64,000 nucleotides of DNA, from positions 308,160-372,159 of the forward strand of contig CAVRVK010000007.1 of assembly GCA_963724565.1 (NCBI GenBank), read 5' to 3'. Positions 10,814 to 22,659 of this stretch are shown here, one piece after another. The number at the start of each line of letters is the position of its first letter. Position 1 is the stretch's first letter. This stretch comes from an uncultured Alphaproteobacteria bacterium. GTDB lineage: Bacteria; Pseudomonadota; Alphaproteobacteria; Rhizobiales; Hyphomicrobiaceae. The notes beneath the pieces were generated by a model. The model was not told the DNA's origin, did not search any database, and saw only the letters and a program-made list of their open reading frames with translations. The position numbers and the translations under genes were made by a program.

Positions 10814-12662
10814 TCAGCGCAGATAGGCATTGTGGTGGGTCAGACAAGCCTGGGCGGCCTGCGCTTCCACGTACATGAACTTCTGCATGTCCCAGGCACC
10901 GGTCGGGCAGCGCTCGGCGCACAGCCCGCAGTGCAGGCACACGTCCTCGTCCTTGGCCATGATGCGGCCGGTCTTCGAGCACGTCGGAGACGTAGATGTC
11001 CTGCGTCTTGTCGCGGGCCGGCACGCGCAGCTGCTGGCGCAGCGCCGGCTCGTCGTCGTTGTCGGAGGAAGTTGATGCAGTCGACCGGGCAGATGTCCAT
11101 GCAGGCGTCGCACTCGATGCACAGCGGTGCCGAGAACACGGTCTGCACGTCGCAGTTGAGGCAGCGCTCGGCCTCCTTGGCGGCGAGCTTGTCGTCGAAG
11201 CCGAGCTCCACCTCGACCTTGAGGTTGCGCAGCGCCTGCGCCTTGTCGGCGTGCGGCATGGCCACCCGCTGCTGCGCCGCGTAGTCGTTCTTATACGACC
11301 ACTCGTGGATGCCCATCTTCTGGCTGATCAGGTTGGCGCCGGGCGCCGGCCGCTCGGTCAGCTGCTTGCCGTGGCAGTAGTGGTCGATGGAGATCGCCGC
11401 GTGGTGGCCGTGCGCCACCGCCCAGATGATGTTCTCCGGCCCCCAGGCCGCGTCGCCGCCGAAGAACACGCCGGGCCGGGTCGACATCATCGTCACCTCG
11501 TCGACCTTGGGCATGCCCCACTTGTCGAACTCGAGGCCGATGTTGCGCTCGATCCAGGGGAAGCTGTTCTCCTGGCCGATGGCCATCAGCACGTCGTCGC
11601 ACTCGAACACCACCTCCTCGCCGGAGGGCTCGAGCCGCGGCCGGCCGCTGGTGTCGATGCCGACCTCCGTCATCTTCTGGAAGCGCACGCCGACGAGCCG
11701 GCCCTTCTCGAGCACGAACTCCTTGGGCGCGTGGTTGTCGAAGATCGGGATGCCCTCGTGCTCGGCGTCCTCGATCTCCCAGGGCGAGGCCTTCATCACG
11801 CGCCGGGGCGAGCGCACCGTCACCTTCACCTCGGTGCCGCCGAGGCGCAGACTGGTGCGGCAGCAGTCCATGGCGGTGTTGCCGCCGCCGATCACGACCA
11901 CGCGCTTGCCGATCCGTGTGCACGTGCTCGAAGGCCACGGAGGTCAGCCAGTCGATGCCGATGTGGATGTTGGCGGCTGCTTCCTTGCGGCCGGGGATGT
12001 CGAGGTCCTTGCCCTTGGGCGCGCCGGTGCCGATGAAGACGGCGTCGAACTTCTTCTTCGAGCAGCGCCTCGAGGCTCTTGATCTCGTGGCCGAAGCGCT
12101 TCTCGACGCCGAAGTCGAGGATGCGTTCGATCTCCTCGTCCAGCACCGTCACCGGCAGCCGGAACGAGGGGATGTTGGTGCGCATCAGCCCGCCGCCCCT
12201 GGGGTCCTTCTCGAACAGCGTGCAGCTGTAGCCGAGCGGCAGCAGATCGCGCGCCACCGTGAGCGAGGCAGGGCCGGCGCCGATCAGCGCGATGCGCTTG
12301 CCGTTCTTCTGCTTGGGGATCTCCGGCATGAACGCATCGATCTCGCCCTTGTAGTCGGCGGCGACGCGCTTCAGGCGGCAGATGGCGACCGGCTTCTCCT
12401 CCACGCGGCCGCGCCGGCAGGCGGGCTCGCAGGGGCGGTCGCAGACGCGGCCCAGGATGGCGGGGAAGACGTTGCTCTCCCAGTTCAGCATGAAGGCCGC
12501 TGCATAGCGGCCTTGGGCGATCAGCCGGATGTATTCGGGAACGGGAGTATGGGTCGGACAGGCCCACTGGCAGTCGACGACCTTGTGGAAGTATTGCGGA
12601 TTGGAAGTGTTGGTCGGGGCCGTGCGGCCCCTGCGTCGTGCTTCGACTTGGCTGAGCGCCAT
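10814..12662 (-). pseudogene. NAD(P)/FAD-dependent oxidoreductase, GltD-like N-terminal part fused to a 2x[4Fe-4S] ferredoxin domain; at least 4 frame switches
   Basis: Start ATG 12662 (MALSQVEARRRG). Motifs CQWACPTHTPVPEYIRLI, IALIGAGPASLTVARDL, VVVIGGGNTAMDCCRTS, then CLNCDV...CIECDACMDICP and CLHCGLCAERCP. Switches at ~12055, ~11915, ~11065, ~10985. Sits directly upstream of korAB on the same strand. Confidence 0.75.
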
Positions 12663-13003
12663 TGCCTCCGTCCCTGGTTGTCTCGCTCCCAACCGCACAT
12701 CCTAACGGATGCAGGTGCGTTAGTCCCAATTCCTAGTATCGCTCCAGCGCGGGATTTGCAACGGGTGAGGTATGCCAGCCCTGTGCGAGGCGGGAAGCGT
12801 GCCCAAATCGCTACGTCAAACCTACGTTGTGCGCTGCAAAATTCCGTTGCCGGAGGCGAACCGGCGCGATCAATTGAGCTTGATGATGCCGCAGGCCGGG
12901 ATGCGGCGGCCAGGCTCTAGCACCTCGTCCTTCTTGAACGAGACGTGGTTGCACAACCCCTGTTCCACCGCAGGCCGCGCCGGCCGCCGCCAGCGCCGGC
13001 TCC

Positions 13004-13230
13004 GTGCAGGAATATGCGCGCTACGTTGCCCAGGCGCTCGCCAAAAGCAGGATCAGGCTGGTGATCTCGCCGAGCGGCAAGCTCACGTCCGTGGGGATCG
13101 TCACATCGAGCGGCAACAGGCGCCTGGACGAAATGGCCGTCGCGGCCGTGGAACAGGCCCGACTGCCGCCGCCGGCACCGGGCATGACGTCAGCCAGCTG
13201 ACCTACGAGGTTCCCTACCACTTCCGCTGA
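13004..13230 (+). pseudogene. TonB C-terminal-domain-like fragment
   Basis: ORF 13004..13201 plus an out-of-frame tail: ...GKLTSVGIVTSSGNRRLDEMAVAAVEQARLPPPAPGM / QLTYEVPYHFR*. This resembles the last ~60 residues of TonB C-terminal domains. No membrane anchor or Pro-rich spacer is encoded upstream. Confidence 0.3.
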
Positions 13231-13373
13231 GCCCGTACTCGCCTACACGAAACCATCTGCGCTTTTCCGGGTTATCCACCGCAGCGCGAGTTCGTGGGCG
13301 GATGGAATCTGTCCAACGGTGATGCGCGGCAGATAATTTGCAAATGATTCGTCTCTCCCGACGACCCGATCGA

Positions 13374-15034
13374 ATGCAGCGCCACTACGACGTGGTCGTG
13401 GTGGGGTCCGGTTATGGCGGCGGCGTCGCAGCCTCGCGGCTGGCCCGAGCCGGCAAGCGCGTGGCCGTCTTGGAGCGGGGCCGCGAGTTCCGAACCGGCG
13501 AATTTCCAAGCAAACTCTCGGACCTGCGCCAGCAGATGCAGGTGACGGGCAAGTCTTGGCGCATGGGATCGCCCACGGGCCTCTACGATGTGCGCCTGGG
13601 CAAGGACATGCATGTGCTGGTCGGCTGCGGGCTCGGCGGCGGGTCGCTGATCAACGCCGGGGTGGCGCTGCGGCCTGATCCTCGCGTCTATCGCGACGCC
13701 GCCTGGCCCGACGAGATTTCCCGCGACCGGCTGCTCGATGAAGGCTATGCGCGAGCGGCGCATTGGCTGCGGCCAGCCCGCGACCCGAAGGCAGCGCGTC
13801 GCACCAAGTACCAAGCGCTGCGACAACGCCAGCGGAGCGCTCGGCAAGGCGCCGGTTGCAGCTCCGGTGGTGGTGAGCTTCGAGGATACGGTCAATCCTG
13901 CGGGCGTCGCGCAACCGGCGTGCACGGGCTGCGGCGACTGCTGCGGTGGCTGCAACGTCGGCGCCAAGAACACCGTTGCCCTGACTTATCTTCCCGACGC
14001 CGCTCGCCACGGCGCCCAGATCTTTACACACGCCAAGGTGCACCACATCGCCAGAGACCAACTCGGCACCTGGCACGTGCATTTCGAGCGCCAGGACGCT
14101 CCGGGAGCGGGCCAAGGTGCCACGCAATCGTCGGTCACCGCCGACATTGTCGTCCTGGCGGCGGGCACGCTCGGCACCACCGAGATCCTGCTGCGCTCGC
14201 GCGAGCGAGGGCTTGCCCTGTCCGACCGGCTGGGCCACGGCTTCTCGGCCAACGGCGATATCATCGCCTTCGGCTACGGCGCGGCGAGGCCGGTGAACGC
14301 CATCGGCGTCGGCCACCCATCGCGCGTCGATGATCTCGACGTTGGTGCCGCCGTATCCGGTCAGATCGAGATGGTCGATGAGGATCTGGCAAAGAGCCTG
14401 ACGATCCAGGAGGGCGTGCTGCCTTCCGCGCTTGGCGCCCATCCTGCCGGTGCTGTTCATGCCCAACGGGCGCCTGTTGGGCGCACTTCAGAGCCTCGTA
14501 GCGGGCGTCTACAAGGGGCCGTTCGCCAGCCTGCAGACGTTCTTCGCCGTGTCGCACGACAGCGCCGCGGGTCGCCTCGTACTCGAGGACGACCGCATCA
14601 CCGTGCGCTGGCCGCAAGCCAGGGACGAGCCCGTCTACCAGCGGCTCGACGCGGCGTTGGAAGCGCTGGTCAAGCAGAGCGGCGGCCGCTACGTGAAGAA
14701 CCCGCTGGCCGGCACCATGGTGGGTGACCAGCCGGCAACCGCGCATCCGCTGGGCGGCTGCGGCATGGGCCGCGAGCGCGCCGACGGCGTCGTCAACCAC
14801 AAGTGCCAGGTGTTCGACGCGGCCCCCGGCGCAGGGTCGGCCGATGTCCACGATGGGCTCTACGTGGTCGACGGCTCGGTGATGCCGCGCTCGCTCGGCG
14901 TCAATCCACTGCTCACCATTACGGCGCTGGCCGAGCGCGCCATGATCCACCTCGCGCGCGACCACGGGCTGCGCCTCGAACCCGCGCGGCCGGAGCAATC
15001 GCGAGGACGCGGCGCCGAGCCCGCCGTCGCCTGA
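13374..15034 (+). pseudogene. GMC family oxidoreductase (cholesterol-oxidase-like), two frame switches
   Basis: Three collinear ORF pieces (13338.., 13738.., 14432..15034). Motifs DVVVVGSGYGGGVAASRLARAG, CTGCGDCCGGCNVGAKN, AAGTLGTTEILLRS, HPLGGCGMG, VVDGSVMPRSLGVNP. Switches at ~13822 and ~14438. Confidence 0.8.
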
Positions 15035-15049
15035 AGCAGACCAACCCGC

Positions 15050-15815
15050 TCAGGCGATCGTCACGCCGCCGTCGGCGACCACCACCGTGCCCGGTCATGA
15101 ACGACGCCGCCTTGGAGGCGAGGAAGGCGACGATGCCGCCGATCTCGTCGGGCTCGCCGATGCGGCGCAGCGGCGTGGTCTCCAGGCGCGGCTTCAGGTT
15201 CTTCTCGTCCTCCCACAGCGCGCGGGCGAAGTCGGTCTTCACCAGGCCCGGCGCGACGCAGTTGACGCGCACGTTCTTCGGCCCCCACTCGACCGCCAGA
15301 TTGCGCGCCAGCGCGAAGTCCGCCGCCTTGGAGATGCCGTAGGCGCCGAGCACGCCGGTGCCGCGCATGCCGCCGATCGACGATACGATGATGACGCTGC
15401 CGCCGCCCTTCTCGGCCATGCCGGGAATGGCCAGATTGCAGAGCCAGATGTTGCTCTTGACGTTCGAGCTCATGATCTTGTCGAACGCCTCGTCGGAGAG
15501 GCCGCCGAGCGGGCCGTAGTAGGGATTGACCGCCGCGTTGCAGACCAGCGTGTCGATCCTGCCCCACTGCTTGAGCGTGCCGCTGATCAGCGCCTCGACC
15601 TCGTTCTTGCGCCCGATGTTGCAGGGGATGACGATCGCCTCGCCGCCGGCCTTCTTGATCGCCGCGACCACCTCCTCGCAGGCATCCGCCTTGCGGCTGG
15701 AGACCACCACCTTGGCGCCGAGCGAGGCCATGATCTCGGCGGCGGAGCGGCCGATGCCGCGGCTCGAGCCGGTGATGACGGCGACCTGACCGGTCAGATC
15801 GAACGGGTTCTTCAT
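15050..15815 (-). pseudogene. SDR family oxidoreductase, one frame switch near the 3' end
   Basis: ORF 14919..15824 (ATG 15815 or 15824). Motifs TGSSRGIG, NAAV, YGISKAA. The expected C-terminus TVVVADGGVTIA* is in the adjacent register (extra g in ggg at ~15090), with its stop at 15050-15052. Confidence 0.85.
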
Positions 15816-15928
15816 GGCGCCCACACGGCCTCCTTGCCCTATACGTTAACTTTGTTGCCAAGGCCGCGATCCGCGCCTAGGTTCGCGCTCATCATAGAGA
15901 CCGGCCCGACAATCAGACAAGGACGGCG

Positions 15929-17614
15929 ATGGGAGAGGAACGCCCCTGGGAGAAGAGCTATCCGCCCGGCGTGCGCTGGGATGCGCCGATCGAGATGGCG
16001 CCGCTGCCGGACCTGTTCGACGCGTTCACCGCCAAGTGGGCGCCAAAGCCGGCCCTCGAGTATCGCGACCGCACGATCAGCTATGCCGAGCTGCGCGCGG
16101 CGGTCGAGGCGGTCGCCTCCGGGCTGATGGACCTCGGCGTCGGGCCCGGCACGGCGGTCGCGCTCTATCTGCCCAACACGCCCATACCACCCGATCTGCG
16201 TTCTTCGCCGCGCTCAAGTGCGGCGCGCGCGTCGTGCATCTCTCCCCGCTCGATGCCGAGCGGGAGCTGGCCTTCAAGCTGAAGGATTCGGGCGCGCGCA
16301 TCCTCGTCACCACCAACATCGGCTTCATGGCGCTGATGGCGCAGAAGTTCAAGGCCGACGGGCTGGTCGATCATCTGATCGTCGGCGACGACACCGCCTT
16401 CGGGCCTTCGGCGATCCCCACCACTCCCATCGCCGACGATGCGCCCGTCGTGCGCTTCGACACGCTGCGCGCCGACGGCGCCAGCAAGCTGCCGCGGCAA
16501 TGGCCCAAGGTGGGCGTCGAGGACATCGCGCTGCTGCAGTACACCGGCGGCACCACCGGCAAGCCCAAGGGGGCCATGCTGACGCACGGCAATCTCTGCG
16601 CCGCGTGCTCGATCTACAAGCTCTGGGGCGACCCGCAGCGCATCTCGGCGCCCGGCGAGGACAAGGTCATCTGCGTCCTGCCGCTGTTCCACATCTACGC
16701 GCTCACCTCGGTGATGCTGCGCGGCTTGCGCGAGGGCAACGAGCTGCTGCTGCGCGTGCGCTTCGACGTCGAGACGACGCTCAACGACATCGAGGTCAAG
16801 AAGGCGACCGTGTTTCCCGGCGTGCCGACCATGTGGATCGCGCTCGCCAACACGCCCGGCATCGACAAGCGCGATTTTTCCTCGCTGCGCTACGCCGCCT
16901 CGGGCGGCGCGGCGCTGCCCGGTCGAGGTGGCCGAGCGCTTCCAGAAGCTGACCGGCCAGCGCATCGGCGGCGGCTGGGGCATGACCGAGACCTCGCCGG
17001 CCGGCACCGCCATGCCGCGCGAGTGGTCCGGCAAGGCCGGCTCCGTCGGCATGCCGCTGCCCGGCATCATGCATGGACATCGTCGCCCTCGACGATCCGC
17101 GCCGGCGGCTGAAGCCCGGCGAGAAGGGCGAGATCCGCATCAAGGGCCCCAACGTCACCAAGGGCTACTGGAACGCACCGGAGGAGACGGCGGCCGCGTT
17201 CGTCGACGGCTATCTGCTCACCGGCGACATCGGCTACATGGACGAGGACGGCTATTTCTATCTCGTCGACCGCAAGAAGGACATGATCATCTCCGGCGGG
17301 TTCAACGTCTACCCGCGCACCATCGAGGAGGCGATCTACGAGCACCCGACCGTCGCCGAGGTCAGCGTGATCGGCGTGCCGGACAGCTATCGCGGCGAGG
17401 CCGCCAAGGCGTTCGTGCAGCTGAAGCCCGGCGCTGCGACCTTCACGCTCGAGGAGCTGCGCGCCTTCCTCGCCGACAAGCTCGGCAGGCACGAGATGCC
17501 GGCGCACCTGGAATTCCGCGACGCGCTGCCCAAGACCGCCGTCGGCAAGCTGTCGAAGAAGGAGCTGATCGAGGAGGAGCGGCAGAAGCTGAAGCCCAGG
17601 CTGCCGCCGAGTGA
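15929..17614 (+). pseudogene. long-chain fatty acid-CoA ligase (AMP-binding family), about 4 frame switches
   Basis: Motifs LQYTGGTTGKPKGAMLTH, GWGMTETSP, GDIGYMDEDGYFYLVDRKKDMIISGGFNVYP and PKTAVGKLSKKEL are spread over four ORF pieces. Switches at ~16185, ~16920, ~17070 and probably ~17590. Stop taken as TGA 17612-17614. Confidence 0.85.
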
Positions 17615-17704
17615 GTCATCCCGGGCCTTGTGCCCGGGATCCATCTTTCCGCTTGCTCCGGAGCCAGCTGACGGCTGGATCCCGGCGACAAGCACCGGGA
17701 TGAC
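17615..17704. repeat. REP-like nested inverted repeat (gtcatcccgggc...gcaccgggatgac family)
   Basis: Outer arms gtcatcccgg / ccgggatgac, inner palindrome cccgggc-cttgt-gcccggg, and gcccgggatcca / tggatcccggcg. Recalled as a common intergenic palindromic element in Bradyrhizobiaceae-type genomes. It is translated spuriously as SSRALCPGSIF...IPATSTGMT in ORF 17073..18104. Confidence 0.6.
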
Positions 17705-17726
17705 AAAGAAGGAAGAGGAACGCACC

Positions 17727-18910
<1,184 letters not shown>

Positions 18911-18923
18911 GGGAGAAAGACAA

Positions 18924-20136
18924 ATGGATCTTCGCTTCAGCCCCGAAGAGAACGCCTTCCGCCAGGAGCTGCGCTCGTTCTTCCGCTCCGCCGTGCCGGA
19001 GACCATCCGCAAGAAGGTGAGCGAGAACCGCCATCTCTGCAAGGAGGAGATGGTCACCTCGCACAAGGTCCTGCACGCCAAGGGCCTGACCGTGCCGCAT
19101 TGGCCCAAGGAGTGGGGCGGCTCGGATTGGACGCCGGTGCAGCACTACATCTACACCGAGGAGCTGCAGTACAACGGCGTGCCGCAGCCGCTGCCTTTCA
19201 ACGTGTCGATGTGCGGGCCGGTGGTGATCGCCTTCGGCACCGAGGAGCAGAAGAAGCGCTTCCTGCCGCGCATGGCGTCACTCGACGACTGGTGGTGCCA
19301 GGGCTTCTCCGAGCCGGGTGCCGGCTCCGATCTCGCCGGCCTCAAGACCACGGCGGTGCGCAAGGGCGACCACTACGTCGTCAACGGCCAGAAGACCTGG
19401 ACCACGCTGGCGCAGTACGCCGACTGGATCTTCTGCCTCTGCCGCACCGACCCCGCGGCCAAGAAGCAGCTCGGCATCTCCTTCCTGCTGATCGACATGA
19501 AGACGCCGGGCATCACCGTGCGCCCGATCCAGACCATGGACGGCGGGCACGAGGTGAACGAGGTGTTCTTCGACGAGGTCAAGGTGCCGGTCGAGAACCT
19601 GGTCGGCCAGGAGAACCGCGGCTGGGACTGCGCCAAGTTCCTGCTCGGCAACGAGCGCACCGGCATTGCCCGCGTCGGCTACTCCAAGCAGCGCGTGCAG
19701 CGCATCAAGGAGCTGGCGTCAGCAAGGTGATGGCCGGCGACAAGCCGCTGATCGAGGACGAGCGCTTCCGCGAGAAGGTGGCGGCCGTCGAGGTCGAGCT
19801 GAAGGCGCTGGAGATGACGCAGATGCGCGTGCTCGCCGAGGACCGCGCATCGCAAGAACAACCTGCCGAACCCCAAGTCGTCGATCCTCAAGATCAAGGG
19901 CAGCGAGATCCAGCAGGCGACCACGCATCTGCTGCTGGAGATCGCCGGGCCGCTGGCGTTGCCCTATCAAGCCGACGAGCGACGACAGCCAGTTCGGCTC
20001 CAACGAGCCCAACGACTATCTGGAGTGGGCAGCGCCTGCGGCGCCCGCCTACTTCAACTATCGCAAGACCACCATCTACGGCGGCTCCAACGAGATCCAG
20101 CGCAACATCCTGGCCAAGGCCGTGCTGGGCTTCTGA
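18924..20136 (+). pseudogene. acyl-CoA dehydrogenase family protein, about 3 frame switches
   Basis: Start ATG 18924 ([16 protein letters not shown]). Motifs WCQGFSEPGAGSDLAGL, VNGQKTWTT, C-terminal TIYGGSNEIQRNILAKAVLGF*. Switches at ~19720, ~19850, ~19975. Confidence 0.85.
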
Positions 20137-20142
20137 GAATGG

Positions 20143-20224
20143 GTGAGTGGTCAGTGGTGAGTGGAAGCGACGCGAGAGGCACCAGCCTGTACTTCCACTC
20201 ACCATCTCACGACTGACCACTCAC
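20143..20224. repeat. compound 25-bp-stem hairpin between the two acyl-CoA dehydrogenase genes
   Basis: gtgagtggtcagt (20143-20155) pairs perfectly with actgaccactcac (20212-20224). ggtgagtggaag (20156-20167) pairs perfectly with cttccactcacc (20192-20203). There is a 24-nt loop and an 8-nt bulge (20204-20211). The 5' arm carries a direct repeat of ggtgagtgg. Confidence 0.6.
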
Positions 20225-20265
20225 GATTTGTCGATCTGAACCATTCAACCGGACACGCGTCTCAC

Positions 20266-21414
20266 ATGGATTTCGATCTCAACGACGAGCAACGGCAGCT
20301 GAAGGACAGCGTCGACCGGCTGCTCGCCGACACCTACGGCGATCTCAATCAGCGCCTGGGCTACATGAAGGAGCCCAAGGGCTACAGCGCGGCGCAGTGG
20401 CAGCAGTACGCGGAGCTGGGGCTGCTTGCCGTTCCGTTCGCCGAGGAGCACGGCGGGCTCGGCCAGGGTCTCACCGAGACCATGATCATCGCCGAGGCCA
20501 TCGGCCGAGCGCTGGCGGTGGAGCCCTATCTGGCAACGGTGATCATGTGCGGCGGGGCGCTGCGGCACGCCGGCAATGCGGCGCTGCTCAAGGAGCTGGT
20601 GCCGGCAATCTCCGAGGGCAAGCTGACGCTGGCGCTGGCGCACCAGGAGAAGCAGGCACGCTTCGATCTCGCCGATACGGCAACGACGGCCCGCGCCGAC
20701 GGCAAGGGCGGCTATACGCTGGAAGGCGAGAAGGTGGTGGTGCTCGCCGGCGATCACGCCGACAAGCTGATCGTGACGGCGCGCGCCTCGGGCGCGCGCG
20801 CTGACCGTGGTGGCATCGGCCTGTTCCTGATCGACGCCAAGGCCAACGGCGTGACCCGGCGCGGCTATCCGACGCAAGACGGCATGCGCGCCGCCGACGT
20901 GACCCTGTCGGCCGTAAAGGTCGGGCCGGAGGCGGTGGTCGCTGGCCCCGACAAGGGCTTGCAGGTTCTGGAGCGGGCGATCGACGAGACCATCGCCGCC
21001 TTGGCGGCCGAGTCCGTCGGCGCCATGTCGGGCCTCACCGAGATCACCGTCGACTATTTGAAGACGCGCAAGCAGTTCGGCGTGCCGATCGGCTCCTTCC
21101 AGGTGCTGCAGCACAAGGCGGTCGACATGCTGACCGCGCTGGAGGAGGCGCGCAGCATGGCCTTCTACGCCACTATGATGGCGGCCGAGCCCGACGTGGG
21201 CGAGCGCCGCAAGGCCATGGCGGCGGCCAAGGTGCAGATCGGCAAGTCTGCTCGCTTCGTCGGCGAGACGGCGATCCAGCTGCACGGCGGCATCGGCATG
21301 ACCATGGAGTACAAGGCCGGCCACTACTTCAAGCGGCTCACCATGATCGACATGGCCTACGGCGACACCGACCACCACCTGCGCGAGCTGGCGAAGATGG
21401 GCGGGTTAATGTAG
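20266..21414 (+). CDS. acyl-CoA dehydrogenase family protein (second of an adjacent pair)
   Basis: Intact; start ATG 20266 (MDFDLNDEQRQLKDSV) within ORF 20161..21414. ACAD N/M/C layout with FQVLQHKAVDM and QLHGGIGMTMEYKAGHYFKRL. Lacks the IYEGT-type C-terminal motif. Confidence 0.85.
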   Translation: MDFDLNDEQRQLKDSVDRLLADTYGDLNQRLGYMKEPKGYSAAQWQQYAELGLLAVPFAEEHGGLGQGLTETMIIAEAIGRALAVEPYLATVIMCGGALRHAGNAALLKELVPAISEGKLTLALAHQEKQARFDLADTATTARADGKGGYTLEGEKVVVLAGDHADKLIVTARASGARADRGGIGLFLIDAKANGVTRRGYPTQDGMRAADVTLSAVKVGPEAVVAGPDKGLQVLERAIDETIAALAAESVGAMSGLTEITVDYLKTRKQFGVPIGSFQVLQHKAVDMLTALEEARSMAFYATMMAAEPDVGERRKAMAAAKVQIGKSARFVGETAIQLHGGIGMTMEYKAGHYFKRLTMIDMAYGDTDHHLRELAKMGGLM

Positions 21415-21417
21415 CCC

Positions 21418-21510
21418 ACGTAAGTTGGGTCAAGCGCCAGCGAAGACCCAACGCCCGCTCGCACAATCCGCCTTGTGTTGGGTCTTCGCTCTGCTCGACC
21501 CAACCTACGT
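21418..21510. repeat. REP-like long inverted repeat (acgtaagttgggtc...gacccaacctacgt family)
   Basis: Arms 21418-21452 (acgtaagttgggtcaagcgccagcgaagacccaac) and 21477-21510 (gttgggtcttcgctctgctcgacccaacctacgt) are near-perfect reverse complements with a 24-nt spacer. The motif is recalled as a Bradyrhizobiaceae-type intergenic repeat. Confidence 0.6.
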
Positions 21511-21531
21511 CCAGGTCTCGTGGAGCCAGCC

Positions 21532-22655
21532 ATGCTCACTCCGACACCAATTCACCCTCCACATCCCCGATGCGGACATCGCCGACCTGCAAGGCGCGGC
21601 TGGCGCGCACGCGCTGGCCCGACGAGCCGCCGCTCGAGCCGTGGTCGACGGGCACCAGCGTGGCCTACGCCAAGGCCATCACCGAATACTGGCGCACGGG
21701 CTTCGATTGGCGCGCCTGGGAGGCCAAGCTCAACGGCTTCAAGCAGTTCACGGTGCCGATCGGCGGCATCGACCTGCACTTCATTCACGAGCCCGCTCGC
21801 AAGCCGGGCGCCATGCCGCTGCTGATCTCGCACGGCTGGCCGGGCTCGGTGTTCGAGTTCCACAAGCTGATCCCGCTGCTCACCGAGCACTTCACGGTGA
21901 TCGCCCCGTCGCTGCCGGGCTACACGCTGTCGTTCAAGCCGGGGCAGCAGCGGTTCGGCGTGCAGGACATCGCCGCCGTCTATGCCGAGCTGATGACCGA
22001 CGTGCTCGGCTACCAGCGCTACGGCGTGCAGGGCGGCGACTGGGGCGGGTTCGTCGCCTCGGTGATGGGCCACCAATATTCCGGGCGCCTGACCGGCATC
22101 CATCTCAACCTGCTGGCTGTGCGGCGCCACCCGGCGATGCTGCAGAGCCCAACGGCGGAGGAGAAGAAGTATCTCGGCGAACTCAATCACTTCCTCAAGG
22201 AAGAGACGGGCTACCAGTGGATCCAGGGCACCAAGCCGCAGACGCTGGCCTTCGGCCTCACCGACTCGCCCGCCGGCCTTGCCGCCTGGATCCTCGAGAA
22301 GTTCCGCACCTGGACCGACTGCAACGGCACTCCCGAGAATGCCGTGAGCCGCGACGAGATGCTGGCCAACATCGCGCTCTACTGGTTCACCGGCGCGATC
22401 GGCTCCTCGTTCTGGCCCTACCATGCGCGCATGCACGGGCCTTGGCCGATCGGCGAGGGGCAGACGGTCGACGTGCCGATGGGATACGCCGAGTTCCCGA
22501 AGGAGATCCTGCGCCCGCCGCGCTCGGTCGCCGAGAAGACCTATACCGACATCAGGCGCTGGAGCGTGATGAAGAAGGGCGGGCACTTTGCGGCGCTGGA
22601 GCAGCCCGACGCGCTCGCCCGCGAGGTTGTCGAGTTCTTCACCGGGCTGGCCTGA
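21532..22655 (+). pseudogene. epoxide hydrolase (alpha/beta fold with EHN N-terminal domain), two frame switches in the first 65 nt
   Basis: Main ORF 21570..22655 has HGWPGS, GGDWGG and GGHFAALEQP. The N-terminus MLTPTP/FTLHIPDADIADLQ/ARLARTRWPDE needs two register changes that look like single inserted bases (aa at ~21549, gg at ~21593). Confidence 0.8.
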
Positions 22656-22659
22656 GGGC

